From assembly GCA_964229335.1 (NCBI GenBank), contig CAXRCZ010000004.1, forward strand, positions 1-64,000: a DNA stretch of 64,000 bases. Reading direction: 5' to 3'. The DNA comes from Minisyncoccia bacterium (GTDB lineage Bacteria > Patescibacteriota > Minisyncoccia > Phycocordibacterales > UBA918). The position numbers and the translations under genes are program-made. Within the stretch, counting starts at the first letter, position 1, and every line of letters begins with the position of its first letter. The notes under the pieces are model-generated. The model was not told where the DNA came from and ran no database searches. It saw only the letters and a program-made list of their open reading frames with translations. This document shows positions 9,105 through 18,515 of this stretch, one piece after another.

Positions 9105-12100
9105 TGCGCTTTTCTTCAACAATAACTAAATATATTTCTCGCGCGCTGATTTTGAGTATGGTGTTTGTCTTGCTGGCACCGATGGCGACCGCGCAGCCAG
9201 CTCTCACCATTAACTACCAAGGAAAACTGACCGACCCAACGGGTCTTGCGGTAGCGAATGGTGATTACAACATGGAGTTCAAGCTCTATACCGTAAGCGC
9301 TGGCGGTGTGGCTGTCTGGACTGAGACACGTACTGGTGGTAACCAAGTGACGGTCACTGATGGTCTGTTTTCAATTATGCTTGGTGAAGTTTCTTCGCTC
9401 GCCAGCGTAGATTTCAATCAACCACTATGGCTCGGCGTCAACATCGCCAATGATGGTGAGATGACACCACGCAAACCACTTGGTTCTGTACCGAGCGCCT
9501 TTGAAGCACAGCGAGTCGGCGGCGTAGCGTCGAGCTCTCTCTTGCGCTCAGATGAAGCCGACACCGCTACCGGCCTACTCACCTTTGATGGCGGGTTTAT
9601 TGCTACCGCTTCTTCGACCGCCACCGGGCTTACTATCGGCACTGCCACGACCACGACGTTGGTCATCAATGGCGAAGCCTTTACTGACCTCGCTGGTACT
9701 GGATTAGAAAACAATTCTGGTGTACTAACCGTCGACACAGACTTCCTCGACCCTCGGTACGCCTCTACCACTGACTTTGATACTTCAGCTGAGCTAGCGG
9801 CTATCCTGACTGACGAGACCGGCTCTGGTGCGGCGGTGTTTGCCAACGCACCGACTTTCACCGGTCTCATCAGTGGAGATTCAATTGCACTTAGTGGGCA
9901 GCTTGATGTGAGCGGTGATATTACTACCGGGTCTAATCTTGATGTAGTTGGAGACCTGGACGTTAGTGGGTCAAGTATCCTGTCTGGCTCTCTCACTCTC
10001 GCTAATTTTAGCGACGGCTTCTTGTTGGTTGATGGTTCAGGCGAAGTGTCTGCGTCGTCAACCATCGCCGCGGCCTATATTCAGGATGCCTACGTTCGTA
10101 ACACCGGCGACTCAATGTCTGGCAATCTCACTTTCACCGGCACCACCGCCAACATCGCTCTTGGCTCTAACTGGCTTTCGGGTGACGGAGATGATGAGGG
10201 TATCTTCGTGGACGGGAGTGGGAATGTTGGTATTGGGACAGCGAGTCCGGGGGCGAGATTAGATATATCTGCGGGTACAAACTTAAATCTTGGGATTGAA
10301 CAGCTTACTCATACTAGTTATGCCAATGAAGGGATTGGCCTAACATTCTCCCGTACCACGAGTGACTCAGATTTAATGGGTATCGGAGTCGTTGATAGTG
10401 ATAAATTGGGGCTATTTTCACGGCAAGGGATCATCTTTGGAACCGGTGGTGCATCTGGTTACGATGCGACAACAGAAGTGATGAGAATTGTAGGAGCCGG
10501 CAACGTCGGCATCGGCACCACCAACCCAAGCACGTTCAAACTCCAAGTGGCGGGCAATGTTGGTCCCGATGCCGACTCCACCTACGACCTTGGATCAAGT
10601 GTTCGCCGCTGGGCCAACATCTACACCGACTCGCTTGACGCTACCAGCATCACCGAAAATGGCAGCACGCTTTCAGCGCAGTATTTCAAACAAGGCGGCA
10701 ATAGCTTTGGCACTCTAGCCACTCTTGGCACCAATGACTCCAACGCTCTGACATTTGAAACCAACAACACTCGTCGTATGACGATCGATGCGAGTGGTAA
10801 TGTCGGGATTGGAACCAGTACCCCTGTAAGCAAATTGACAGTGGTCGGCAATGCAGACATTACCGGCGGACTGGGAGTGGGAAAAACAAATAGCACTGCA
10901 GGATCGGTTGATATTACCGGCAAGTACTTTGTGAATGGTACACAAGTAATATACCTTCCAGATCAAACTAACAATACAGACTCTGTATTCTTTGGAGACG
11001 GGGGACAGAATATTGCAGGTGTTTCTGGGCTTGCTGGAGATCAAAATACCGGGGTTGGTAATCGAGCAATGAGACTTACCACCACAGGATATAGAAACAC
11101 AGCCATTGGGTACACTGCACTAGAGGCGGTTAGCTCCGGTAACTCAAACGTAGGTATTGGGTATGGGGCAGGAAATGGTATTACCACTGGTTTTTCTAAC
11201 TTGGCTCTCGGTGCACTGGCTATGAATTCACTTTCGACTGGAAATAATAACGTTGCTATTGGTAACCAGGCGTTATTTTCAGCAGAGGGTGCGCGTAATG
11301 TTGCTATCGGTGAAACCGCAGGACGATATTATGGCTCTTCTGGTTCAAATAATTTTACAAGTGGATCTGACAACGTCATTATCGGTTCTTCTGCCAGATT
11401 CTCTGCTGATGGAGTAAGTAACGAAATTGTCATTGGTCGGAATGCAGTTGGTAACGGTTCAAACAGTGTAACGCTGGGGGCTGACACAATTACCAAGACA
11501 ATATTGAAAGGCAACGTCGCCATTGGCACCACCACGCCAGCGGGTAAGTTTCATGTTGAAGGTTCAGCTGGTGGAGTATATATACCTACTGCGGGTAATA
11601 AACTAATCTTCACGAGAGATGGTGGACCGAGTGAAATTGAAGCTCTTGGTACGTCTGGCGCTCTCAATATTGAGGCTACTAACTACGTTGCCTTTAACAC
11701 TGGTGGCTCAGAAAATCTCAGGATGATAGGTAATGGCAACGTCGGTATTGGAACGACTGGACCCCAAGGTAGACTTCATACGTATAACGGTGCATCAGGA
11801 GCAACGGTAAATTCTTTAGCAAATGATTTTATTATCGAGGATGATAACTTCGCTGGTCTTTCACTTCTAACCCCAGACTCAACTGGTGTAGGAAGTATAT
11901 ACTTCGGGCATAATAATGACTCTGATGCAGGTCGTATTGTTTATAACAACAGTGACGACAGTTTTGATTTCTTCAACTCGGGTTCACAGTCAGTAAAAAT
12001 TACCAGCGCCGGCAATGTTGGGATTGGGACGACGAATCCCGCCACCCTACTTTCTGTGGCTGGGAATGCCACCATCGGTGCTGGAGGAACCGGAGGAACT

Positions 12101-15100
12101 GCTGCACAACTTATCCTTGATGGTGGGTCTGGGACTAATGGTGGAGGGTATCTCCGCTTTAATAAGAATGGAGTAACAACTGGATTTATCGGCCAAGATA
12201 GTGTTATTACCGGAGGAACCTCAAACGACTTGTCTATTAGCGGTGCTGCTAATAATATAAGGCTTTACGCAGGAGCAGCTGAGCGTGTAAGAGTACTTGC
12301 GAATGGAAACGTCGGGATTGGAACGACGGCGCCAGACGGTAAATTGTCAGTCTTAAAGGACGCGACCCTTACCGACGAAACCAGCTACGCGCTTAAGTTG
12401 CGTGAGGCTACTGGTACCGGAGAATTAATGATGGTGATGGGGCCAGTGTCTGGGTCTAGCGCTGGGGTCATCCAGACAGGAGTTACAGGGACCACCTGGA
12501 CATCAAACCTCGCTCTACAACCCAATGGTGGCGATGTTGCCATTGGGACAACTACAGCAAGTGATAAGTTGCATGTTGAGGGAACTATACGAGCAAGTTC
12601 TGGGGGCTCGTTACGGTTTATGAATCCAGCCAACACCAATGCAGCAACTATTAGTGCTCAGTCAATAACATCTGGTACTGCATCTGACTTGGTGTTTGCT
12701 ACTGGTGGCGGAACAGCTATGACGATTGCTAACTTGGGCAATGTCGGGATTGGGACGACGACTCCGGTTAGAAAATTGCAGGTGCACGGCAATGGTCAGA
12801 TACGACTAAGTAACAATGCTGGAGCGGGGGCTTGGACAGGTACTGAATGGCTGGCAGATGGCGGAACATATACTGGGTTCAGCGGAATGCTAGATGCAAA
12901 CGGTCAATTTTTTATTGACACAGGTTCAAATGGTAGCGATTTGGTAATAAATCAAAACGGCAACGTCGGAATTGGGACTACTAATCCGACTAGTAAATTG
13001 ACAGTCGATGGAACAATTGTTTCGAATGTTCAATCAAATTCAGTTAATATTGGTACGGTAAGTGGAAATCCAGCGTACAACTACGTCGGATACAATGGGT
13101 ACTGGGGTATTCGCACCAATACTGCAAACGCATTTAATATCGATACATATAATAGTGCAGTTCCTATAACAGCACTCACAGTCTTGCAAAACGGCAACGT
13201 CGGGATTGGTGATACTACTCCGAGTGCGAAGCTTGATGTAAATGGCTCAATCATCTCCCAAGCGCTAGCCGGATCGGGTAACCGTTGTGTGTATGTGACC
13301 TCTACCGGGCAATTCGCCGCCAAAGCGACTGACTGTGGGTCGGCCAGTGGTGGCGACAACCTTGGTAACCATACTGCTACCCAAAACATTCAGATGAGTG
13401 GCTACTGGCTATCAAACGATGGGGGAAATGAAGGAGTGTATGTTGATACTAACGGTAATGTTGGAATTGGCACCGCGAGCCCAGCCAGCTATTCCTCGTA
13501 TGCCAATAATCTTGTAGTGTCAGAAGCGGGTAATGCTGGACTGACTATTGCGGCAGGTACTTCGAATGTCAGCTCATTATTCTTTGCTGATGGTACTGCA
13601 GGCGATCAAGCATATCGCGGATTTATTCAATATGATCATGGAGAAACGGTAGCTGATAGGTTGTCATTTGGTACTGCAGGAACGAATCGAATGGTAATAA
13701 ATAGTTCTGGTAACGTCGGGATTGGTACCATTAATCCGAGTGTAGCTGCTACCAATATAAGTAGCGGTACTCCAAAGTTATATGTATCAGGCTCCATTGT
13801 CGGAAATGGGGTTTATACAGTGATAGATAATACTGATACTGGAGCATCTTCCTTTGCGGCCGTTGCCTATAAGACTGGCGCTACTACAAATTTCTGGCAA
13901 ACATTTGCTCGTAATGATGCGTTCTTTATCGGCAAGGGTGGTGTGGCTGATTACTTTACTATCAATACTTCTGGTAATGTAGGAATTGGAACAACTACTC
14001 CAAGCACGCTGCTAGAGCTGCAGCAACCTGGGTCAACGGGTGCGTTCCAAATTAGTCGTAGTGGTTTCTCTTCTGCTCGCTTCTCGGTTTCTAGTAACGT
14101 ATCTGGAAATAGTGTGCTTGGTATTGGTTCTTCAGCCTCTCCGTACCAAAGTGTATTTGATTTGACATCTGGCAACGTCGGGATTGGAACAACAAGTCCG
14201 ACTAGTAAATTACATGTCCATGGCGATGGCGATGGTCGTATTGAGCTTACAGACGCCCAAGTGCCGTCCGCTCGGTGGTGGATTATGCCCCAGACATCCA
14301 ACACTACTAATCTTTTTAGAATATATGATGCAACAGCAGCATCCGACAGGTTAGTTATCAATTCTACTGGCAACGTCGGGATTGGTACGGCAGTTCCAAC
14401 AAGTAAATTACATGTATATGGTGACGTAAACTCAAGTACTGCGTTAAATGTACAAAATCCTAACGCTGGTACAGGAGCTTTTAGTCAATTATCTGTAAAT
14501 GCCGGTTCACAATCTGCGTGGCTGTATACCTTTGGCAACAACTACACTACTAGCGGACAGTATGTACAGGCATCTAGTGTGCTCGAAGCTAGTGGGTCTG
14601 GCGGATTGTCACTCTCTGCTACTGGTGGCCCGCAACGATTTTATACTAACGGAAGCAATGAACGAATGAGAATTACTTCTGACGGCAACGTCGGGATTGG
14701 TACAGCAAATCCAGGAGCCAGACTGGACATCACTTCTCCGACTGCTTTCTCCTCCCGTATCACCGGTCCTGTCAACGTATATTCAGACCTGACTGATGGT
14801 ACGGGTACGTTGCGAATGCAGCTTTTGTCTAATACTCCGTACATAACCTCAATGGGGGCTTACGACATGATTTTTGGGACCAATAATACCGAACGTGTTC
14901 GTATATCAAATACTGGAAATGTAGGGATTGGGACGTCAAATCCGAACGCTCCACTGGCCGTTCAAGGAGCTTGGCCACAATCATTTATTACAGACGCAGT
15001 CGATTCTGATGCGTTCGGTGTTGTTATTGGTAATTCCGCAGGGGTGGCTGAAATTGGTGGTCACCACTGGAATGGAAGTGTGTACGATAATTGGTCAAAC

Positions 15101-15904
15101 TTAGCTATCAATCGTGGCGGAGGAAATGTTGGGATCGGTGTGACTAACCCAAGCACATTCAGACTTGAAGTAGCTGGCAGTGTTGGTCCATCAGCTAGCA
15201 ATAGCTACAACCTTGGTGCAGCTGGTCGAAACTGGGGCTGTCTCTACTACAATGGTGGTACGCTCGGTACCTGTGCGTCTGATGAACGGTTGAAAGATGA
15301 TATTCAAACACTTAGCTTTGCAACTGGATCTACTACCGCTCTGGATAAACTAGTATTGTTAGACTTGCGAAGTTTTGAATACAACAGCGCTCCTGGTAGC
15401 AAGTATAATGGTCTGATTGCGCAAGAAGTCCGAGCCGCTGGACTAGAAGCTTTGGTAGCCGAGGGGGCGGATGGTTACCTCACTGTGCGTTATGGCGATA
15501 TGCAGTGGGTAATGATAGAAGCTATACAAGATATGTGGAAGCGGGTGCAAGAGTACTTTGATCGCACTGAAGCATTAGAGGAAGAAGTCGAAGACTTGAA
15601 GAAGAGAATTGAGCAACTCGAAGGTGGTAGCGGCGGTTCTAGTGCTAAAAATTCAAGCAGTGGTTCTGGCGGCAGTACGAGTGGTAGTGGTTCGAGTGCT
15701 GGCGGCGGTTCAGGAGGAAGTGGTAGCGGCACCACCACATCACCAACCACTCCTCCTCCAGGAACAGGTTCGACCACGCCACCAGCGGAGCCAGAGCCCG
15801 AGCCGGAACCCGAACCGGTTGAAGAAGAACCGGTCGTAGAAGAAATAATAGAAGAACCGGCTCCGGAACCTGAGCCCGAGCCAGCTCCGGAACCGATCGA
15901 GTAA
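9101..15904 (+). CDS. Giant secreted tail-fibre-like adhesin with GNVGIG repeats and peptidase S74-like intramolecular chaperone
   Basis: Signal peptide; INYQGKLTD N-domain; about 19 G[ND]V[GA]IG repeats; SDERLKDDI...GLIAQEV...VRYGDM..EAIQ chaperone motifs; coiled coil, Gly/Ser linker and PE-rich tail. Confidence 0.85.
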   Translation: MMRFSSTITKYISRALILSMVFVLLAPMATAQPALTINYQGKLTDPTGLAVANGDYNMEFKLYTVSAGGVAVWTETRTGGNQVTVTDGLFSIMLGEVSSLASVDFNQPLWLGVNIANDGEMTPRKPLGSVPSAFEAQRVGGVASSSLLRSDEADTATGLLTFDGGFIATASSTATGLTIGTATTTTLVINGEAFTDLAGTGLENNSGVLTVDTDFLDPRYASTTDFDTSAELAAILTDETGSGAAVFANAPTFTGLISGDSIALSGQLDVSGDITTGSNLDVVGDLDVSGSSILSGSLTLANFSDGFLLVDGSGEVSASSTIAAAYIQDAYVRNTGDSMSGNLTFTGTTANIALGSNWLSGDGDDEGIFVDGSGNVGIGTASPGARLDISAGTNLNLGIEQLTHTSYANEGIGLTFSRTTSDSDLMGIGVVDSDKLGLFSRQGIIFGTGGASGYDATTEVMRIVGAGNVGIGTTNPSTFKLQVAGNVGPDADSTYDLGSSVRRWANIYTDSLDATSITENGSTLSAQYFKQGGNSFGTLATLGTNDSNALTFETNNTRRMTIDASGNVGIGTSTPVSKLTVVGNADITGGLGVGKTNSTAGSVDITGKYFVNGTQVIYLPDQTNNTDSVFFGDGGQNIAGVSGLAGDQNTGVGNRAMRLTTTGYRNTAIGYTALEAVSSGNSNVGIGYGAGNGITTGFSNLALGALAMNSLSTGNNNVAIGNQALFSAEGARNVAIGETAGRYYGSSGSNNFTSGSDNVIIGSSARFSADGVSNEIVIGRNAVGNGSNSVTLGADTITKTILKGNVAIGTTTPAGKFHVEGSAGGVYIPTAGNKLIFTRDGGPSEIEALGTSGALNIEATNYVAFNTGGSENLRMIGNGNVGIGTTGPQGRLHTYNGASGATVNSLANDFIIEDDNFAGLSLLTPDSTGVGSIYFGHNNDSDAGRIVYNNSDDSFDFFNSGSQSVKITSAGNVGIGTTNPATLLSVAGNATIGAGGTGGTAAQLILDGGSGTNGGGYLRFNKNGVTTGFIGQDSVITGGTSNDLSISGAANNIRLYAGAAERVRVLANGNVGIGTTAPDGKLSVLKDATLTDETSYALKLREATGTGELMMVMGPVSGSSAGVIQTGVTGTTWTSNLALQPNGGDVAIGTTTASDKLHVEGTIRASSGGSLRFMNPANTNAATISAQSITSGTASDLVFATGGGTAMTIANLGNVGIGTTTPVRKLQVHGNGQIRLSNNAGAGAWTGTEWLADGGTYTGFSGMLDANGQFFIDTGSNGSDLVINQNGNVGIGTTNPTSKLTVDGTIVSNVQSNSVNIGTVSGNPAYNYVGYNGYWGIRTNTANAFNIDTYNSAVPITALTVLQNGNVGIGDTTPSAKLDVNGSIISQALAGSGNRCVYVTSTGQFAAKATDCGSASGGDNLGNHTATQNIQMSGYWLSNDGGNEGVYVDTNGNVGIGTASPASYSSYANNLVVSEAGNAGLTIAAGTSNVSSLFFADGTAGDQAYRGFIQYDHGETVADRLSFGTAGTNRMVINSSGNVGIGTINPSVAATNISSGTPKLYVSGSIVGNGVYTVIDNTDTGASSFAAVAYKTGATTNFWQTFARNDAFFIGKGGVADYFTINTSGNVGIGTTTPSTLLELQQPGSTGAFQISRSGFSSARFSVSSNVSGNSVLGIGSSASPYQSVFDLTSGNVGIGTTSPTSKLHVHGDGDGRIELTDAQVPSARWWIMPQTSNTTNLFRIYDATAASDRLVINSTGNVGIGTAVPTSKLHVYGDVNSSTALNVQNPNAGTGAFSQLSVNAGSQSAWLYTFGNNYTTSGQYVQASSVLEASGSGGLSLSATGGPQRFYTNGSNERMRITSDGNVGIGTANPGARLDITSPTAFSSRITGPVNVYSDLTDGTGTLRMQLLSNTPYITSMGAYDMIFGTNNTERVRISNTGNVGIGTSNPNAPLAVQGAWPQSFITDAVDSDAFGVVIGNSAGVAEIGGHHWNGSVYDNWSNLAINRGGGNVGIGVTNPSTFRLEVAGSVGPSASNSYNLGAAGRNWGCLYYNGGTLGTCASDERLKDDIQTLSFATGSTTALDKLVLLDLRSFEYNSAPGSKYNGLIAQEVRAAGLEALVAEGADGYLTVRYGDMQWVMIEAIQDMWKRVQEYFDRTEALEEEVEDLKKRIEQLEGGSGGSSAKNSSSGSGGSTSGSGSSAGGGSGGSGSGTTTSPTTPPPGTGSTTPPAEPEPEPEPEPVEEEPVVEEIIEEPAPEPEPEPAPEPIE

Positions 15905-15994
15905 CCTTACCTATATATGTACAAAAAATTATTAACACTGACCGCAAATACTAATCCCAACCCCAATCATTCTTGGTATACTACATACATATAT

Positions 15995-16693
15995 ATGTAT
16001 GGGAATATTTGGGTAAACTTTGTAGGAAAAAGTCTAGTGATGGCTGCAGCCAGTATTGGCTTGTTAGTAGCGCTCTTTTGGGCGTTAGAGCCGAGTGTAA
16101 TTAGGAGTCAGGAAGACACCTCGACCTTTACTATCAACCAAACCATCACTCAAGAGAGTTCGTTTTTGGTCGAGCCGACTAATGTCACAATGAGTGGCAC
16201 TATTCCTGGTCTGACTGGAGGTACAGCGCTCGGTTCAACGCAGTTTGTGGTGCTAAGTAACAATGCTACTGGCTACTATGTCGATATAGCCTATGAAGAC
16301 AATGGTACTGAGCAAGCGATGCTGGGGCATATCACGGATAGCGAAGCTATCCGTGACTATGGCGGAGATGTGGCGGGTGAACCATCATTTGGTTTTATCG
16401 CCAGTACTTCGGCACAGTTTGCCTATAGTGTAACCTCATCATCAACTAGCGATACTGACCAATCGTTTCGGCATGATGGGGCGACCTGTAATACTGGCGC
16501 CAATGATACCGAGTACGCTTGTTGGAAAGAGCCGACCACGACAGCGTTTCGAATCATTGACCGAGCTAACGCAGCGGTGAGTGGGGCGACTAGTACGGTG
16601 GAGTTTCGTATCACTGTACCAAGTGGTCCAGTACCGGTACCAACCGCTGAGCCATACACAGCCACGGCTACTATCTCTTTGTATGTTCAGTAA
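15995..16693 (+). CDS. Secreted beta-rich subunit (WxL/pilin-like), paralog of 17726-18508
   Basis: N-terminal hydrophobic segment; IPGLTGGT, SNNATGY, GATCN..ACW, YTATATISL; start chosen after TATACT at 15977. Confidence 0.6.
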   Translation: MYGNIWVNFVGKSLVMAAASIGLLVALFWALEPSVIRSQEDTSTFTINQTITQESSFLVEPTNVTMSGTIPGLTGGTALGSTQFVVLSNNATGYYVDIAYEDNGTEQAMLGHITDSEAIRDYGGDVAGEPSFGFIASTSAQFAYSVTSSSTSDTDQSFRHDGATCNTGANDTEYACWKEPTTTAFRIIDRANAAVSGATSTVEFRITVPSGPVPVPTAEPYTATATISLYVQ

Positions 16694-17723
16694 ATCTCAG
16701 CCTAGCGTTATACGCTATCTTCCATTTTTTATTTTAGCGCTACTCCTTTCTACCGGCGTGCCGGCCGCGGCGCAAATTGGAGATGATCCCATTAATGGTT
16801 CCGACTCGGCTGAGGAATCGACCACTAACGGGACAAGTTGGTTTGTGACCGATACTATTTCCGGAAATATTGAAGTAGGAGACTTTGTGGTGGGTCCCGG
16901 AAGAGCCGAAGTGTCGCTCGAGCCCGGCGAGAGCGTGATTGAATATATCACTGTTACTAATCGGATTAGTGATAATCGGACCTTTTCACTAACCATAGAA
17001 GACATTGCTGGTACCGATGACGCAAGCGCCTCAGTTGAATTGACCGGAAGTGAACGTGGTCCGTATAGCTTGCGTGATTATATTTCTTTTCCAGACAACA
17101 GCTTCACTCTTGATTTAGGAGAACGAGCCAGAATCCCTGTCACTATCTCTATTCCTGCTGATGCTGAACCAGGCGGATTGTACGGCAGTGTGTTGGTGTC
17201 TACTGTACGCAACCCAGAATCACCAGACCCTGCCATACCGCAATCACCGATTGTGGCGAGAGTCGGTTCACTTTTCTTTGTGACTGTTGAAGGGGAGATT
17301 GAGCGAGCGGGAGAAACAGTAGCGATTGATACGGTCGGTCAAGGTTCGTGGTTTTCTACCGGACCGATACCAATCGGGATTTTGTATGAAAACTCTGGTT
17401 CAGTGCACCTTAATCCGTACGGAGAAATTTCTATTACCAATATGTTAGGTGAAGAGGTGGGTTATGTACAACTCGATTCTTGGTTTGTGTTGCCGCAATC
17501 ATTGCGACTGAGAGAAGTCACTTGGGATAGAGAATTTTTGATTGGACGGTATACCATTACCGCTAAAATCAATCGTGGTTACGACGACATTGTTGATGAG
17601 GTGAGTATGTCAGTATGGGTCATCCCTTGGCAACTCATATTAGGAGTCTTTGCTGTACTATTTTTAGTTGGTCTTTTGTGGCGGTTTGTAGTTGGTAACT
17701 TTGAGCTTAAAAGGAAAAGCTAA
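16683..17723 (+). CDS. DUF916/DUF3324-like (WxL-interacting-type) surface protein with C-terminal TM
   Basis: Signal peptide; VGPGRAEVSLEPGES..ITVTN, IPADAEPGGLYGSVLV, YENSGSVHLNPYGEISITNMLG, GRYTITAKI; C-terminal TM plus basic tail. Confidence 0.65.
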   Translation: MFSKSQPSVIRYLPFFILALLLSTGVPAAAQIGDDPINGSDSAEESTTNGTSWFVTDTISGNIEVGDFVVGPGRAEVSLEPGESVIEYITVTNRISDNRTFSLTIEDIAGTDDASASVELTGSERGPYSLRDYISFPDNSFTLDLGERARIPVTISIPADAEPGGLYGSVLVSTVRNPESPDPAIPQSPIVARVGSLFFVTVEGEIERAGETVAIDTVGQGSWFSTGPIPIGILYENSGSVHLNPYGEISITNMLGEEVGYVQLDSWFVLPQSLRLREVTWDREFLIGRYTITAKINRGYDDIVDEVSMSVWVIPWQLILGVFAVLFLVGLLWRFVVGNFELKRKS

Positions 17724-17725
17724 CT

Positions 17726-18508
17726 ATGAAACTGCAACGCAAGTATCAGGTGAAGGGTGCGGTGGTCCACGTAGGGTGTAGTGTGGTTTTGACTGCTCTT
17801 TGCTTATTGTTGTTGCAGCCGGCTACTGCACAGGTACGTAGCAGCACAAACTATCAGTTGCAAAGCGATAGTATTAATGTCGGCGGTGGACGTTCTGCTT
17901 CAGACAATTTCATTCAAGAAAGTACGGTGGGGGAAGTGGCAACCGGCCGTTCAGCTTCGACAAATTTTTCTCTGCGGGCTGGGTATCAGCAAATGCAGGA
18001 AGTCTACCTGAGTCTCATTCCTCCAGCTGATGTGACTATGGATGCGTCGATTCCGGGAATTACCGGTGGGACGTCTAATGGCGAGACTTTTGCGGTGGTG
18101 ACGACAGATAGTCCAGCTGGCTACCGTATGACAATAGAGAGCGAGAATGAACCAGCCATGCAATCGAGTGTCGGCACCATCGCTGATTATGATGAGGGAG
18201 CAGAGCCAGACTTTACGTTTGCGGTCGCAGGAGGCGAGGCATACTTTGGATTCAGTCCGAGCGGAAGTGATATTCCTGATGAGTTTAAAGATAATGGAGC
18301 TACGTGTAATGTTGGCAGTCTTGATACCAATCAGGCGTGCTGGGCTGGCTTATCAACCAGTAGTATTGTGATTGCTGAGACTACAGACAGCAATCATCCT
18401 AGTGGTGCTACCACCACGCTACAATTTAGAGTCGGAGTAGGTAGTGGAGCTAATTTAATAAATGGTGTCTATACTGCTACCACTACTGTCACTGCACTTC
18501 CTTTATAA
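17726..18508 (+). CDS. Secreted beta-rich subunit (WxL/pilin-like), paralog of 15995-16693
   Basis: Signal peptide; SSTNYQLQSDSINVGG N-module; IPGITGGT, TDSPAGY, GATCN..ACW, YTATTTVTAL. Confidence 0.6.
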   Translation: MKLQRKYQVKGAVVHVGCSVVLTALCLLLLQPATAQVRSSTNYQLQSDSINVGGGRSASDNFIQESTVGEVATGRSASTNFSLRAGYQQMQEVYLSLIPPADVTMDASIPGITGGTSNGETFAVVTTDSPAGYRMTIESENEPAMQSSVGTIADYDEGAEPDFTFAVAGGEAYFGFSPSGSDIPDEFKDNGATCNVGSLDTNQACWAGLSTSSIVIAETTDSNHPSGATTTLQFRVGVGSGANLINGVYTATTTVTALPL

Positions 18509-18515
18509 TGTAGTC

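Noticed and set aside
10220-15140. CRISPR array or DGR suggested by recurring 17-mers
   Set aside because: The repeats are in-frame coding motifs with long irregular spacing; no cas or reverse transcriptase genes and no TR/VR pair were seen.
9101-15904. Prophage tail fibre / prophage region
   Set aside because: The protein has a Sec signal peptide, its neighbours are cell-surface genes, and no capsid, terminase, portal or integrase is present.
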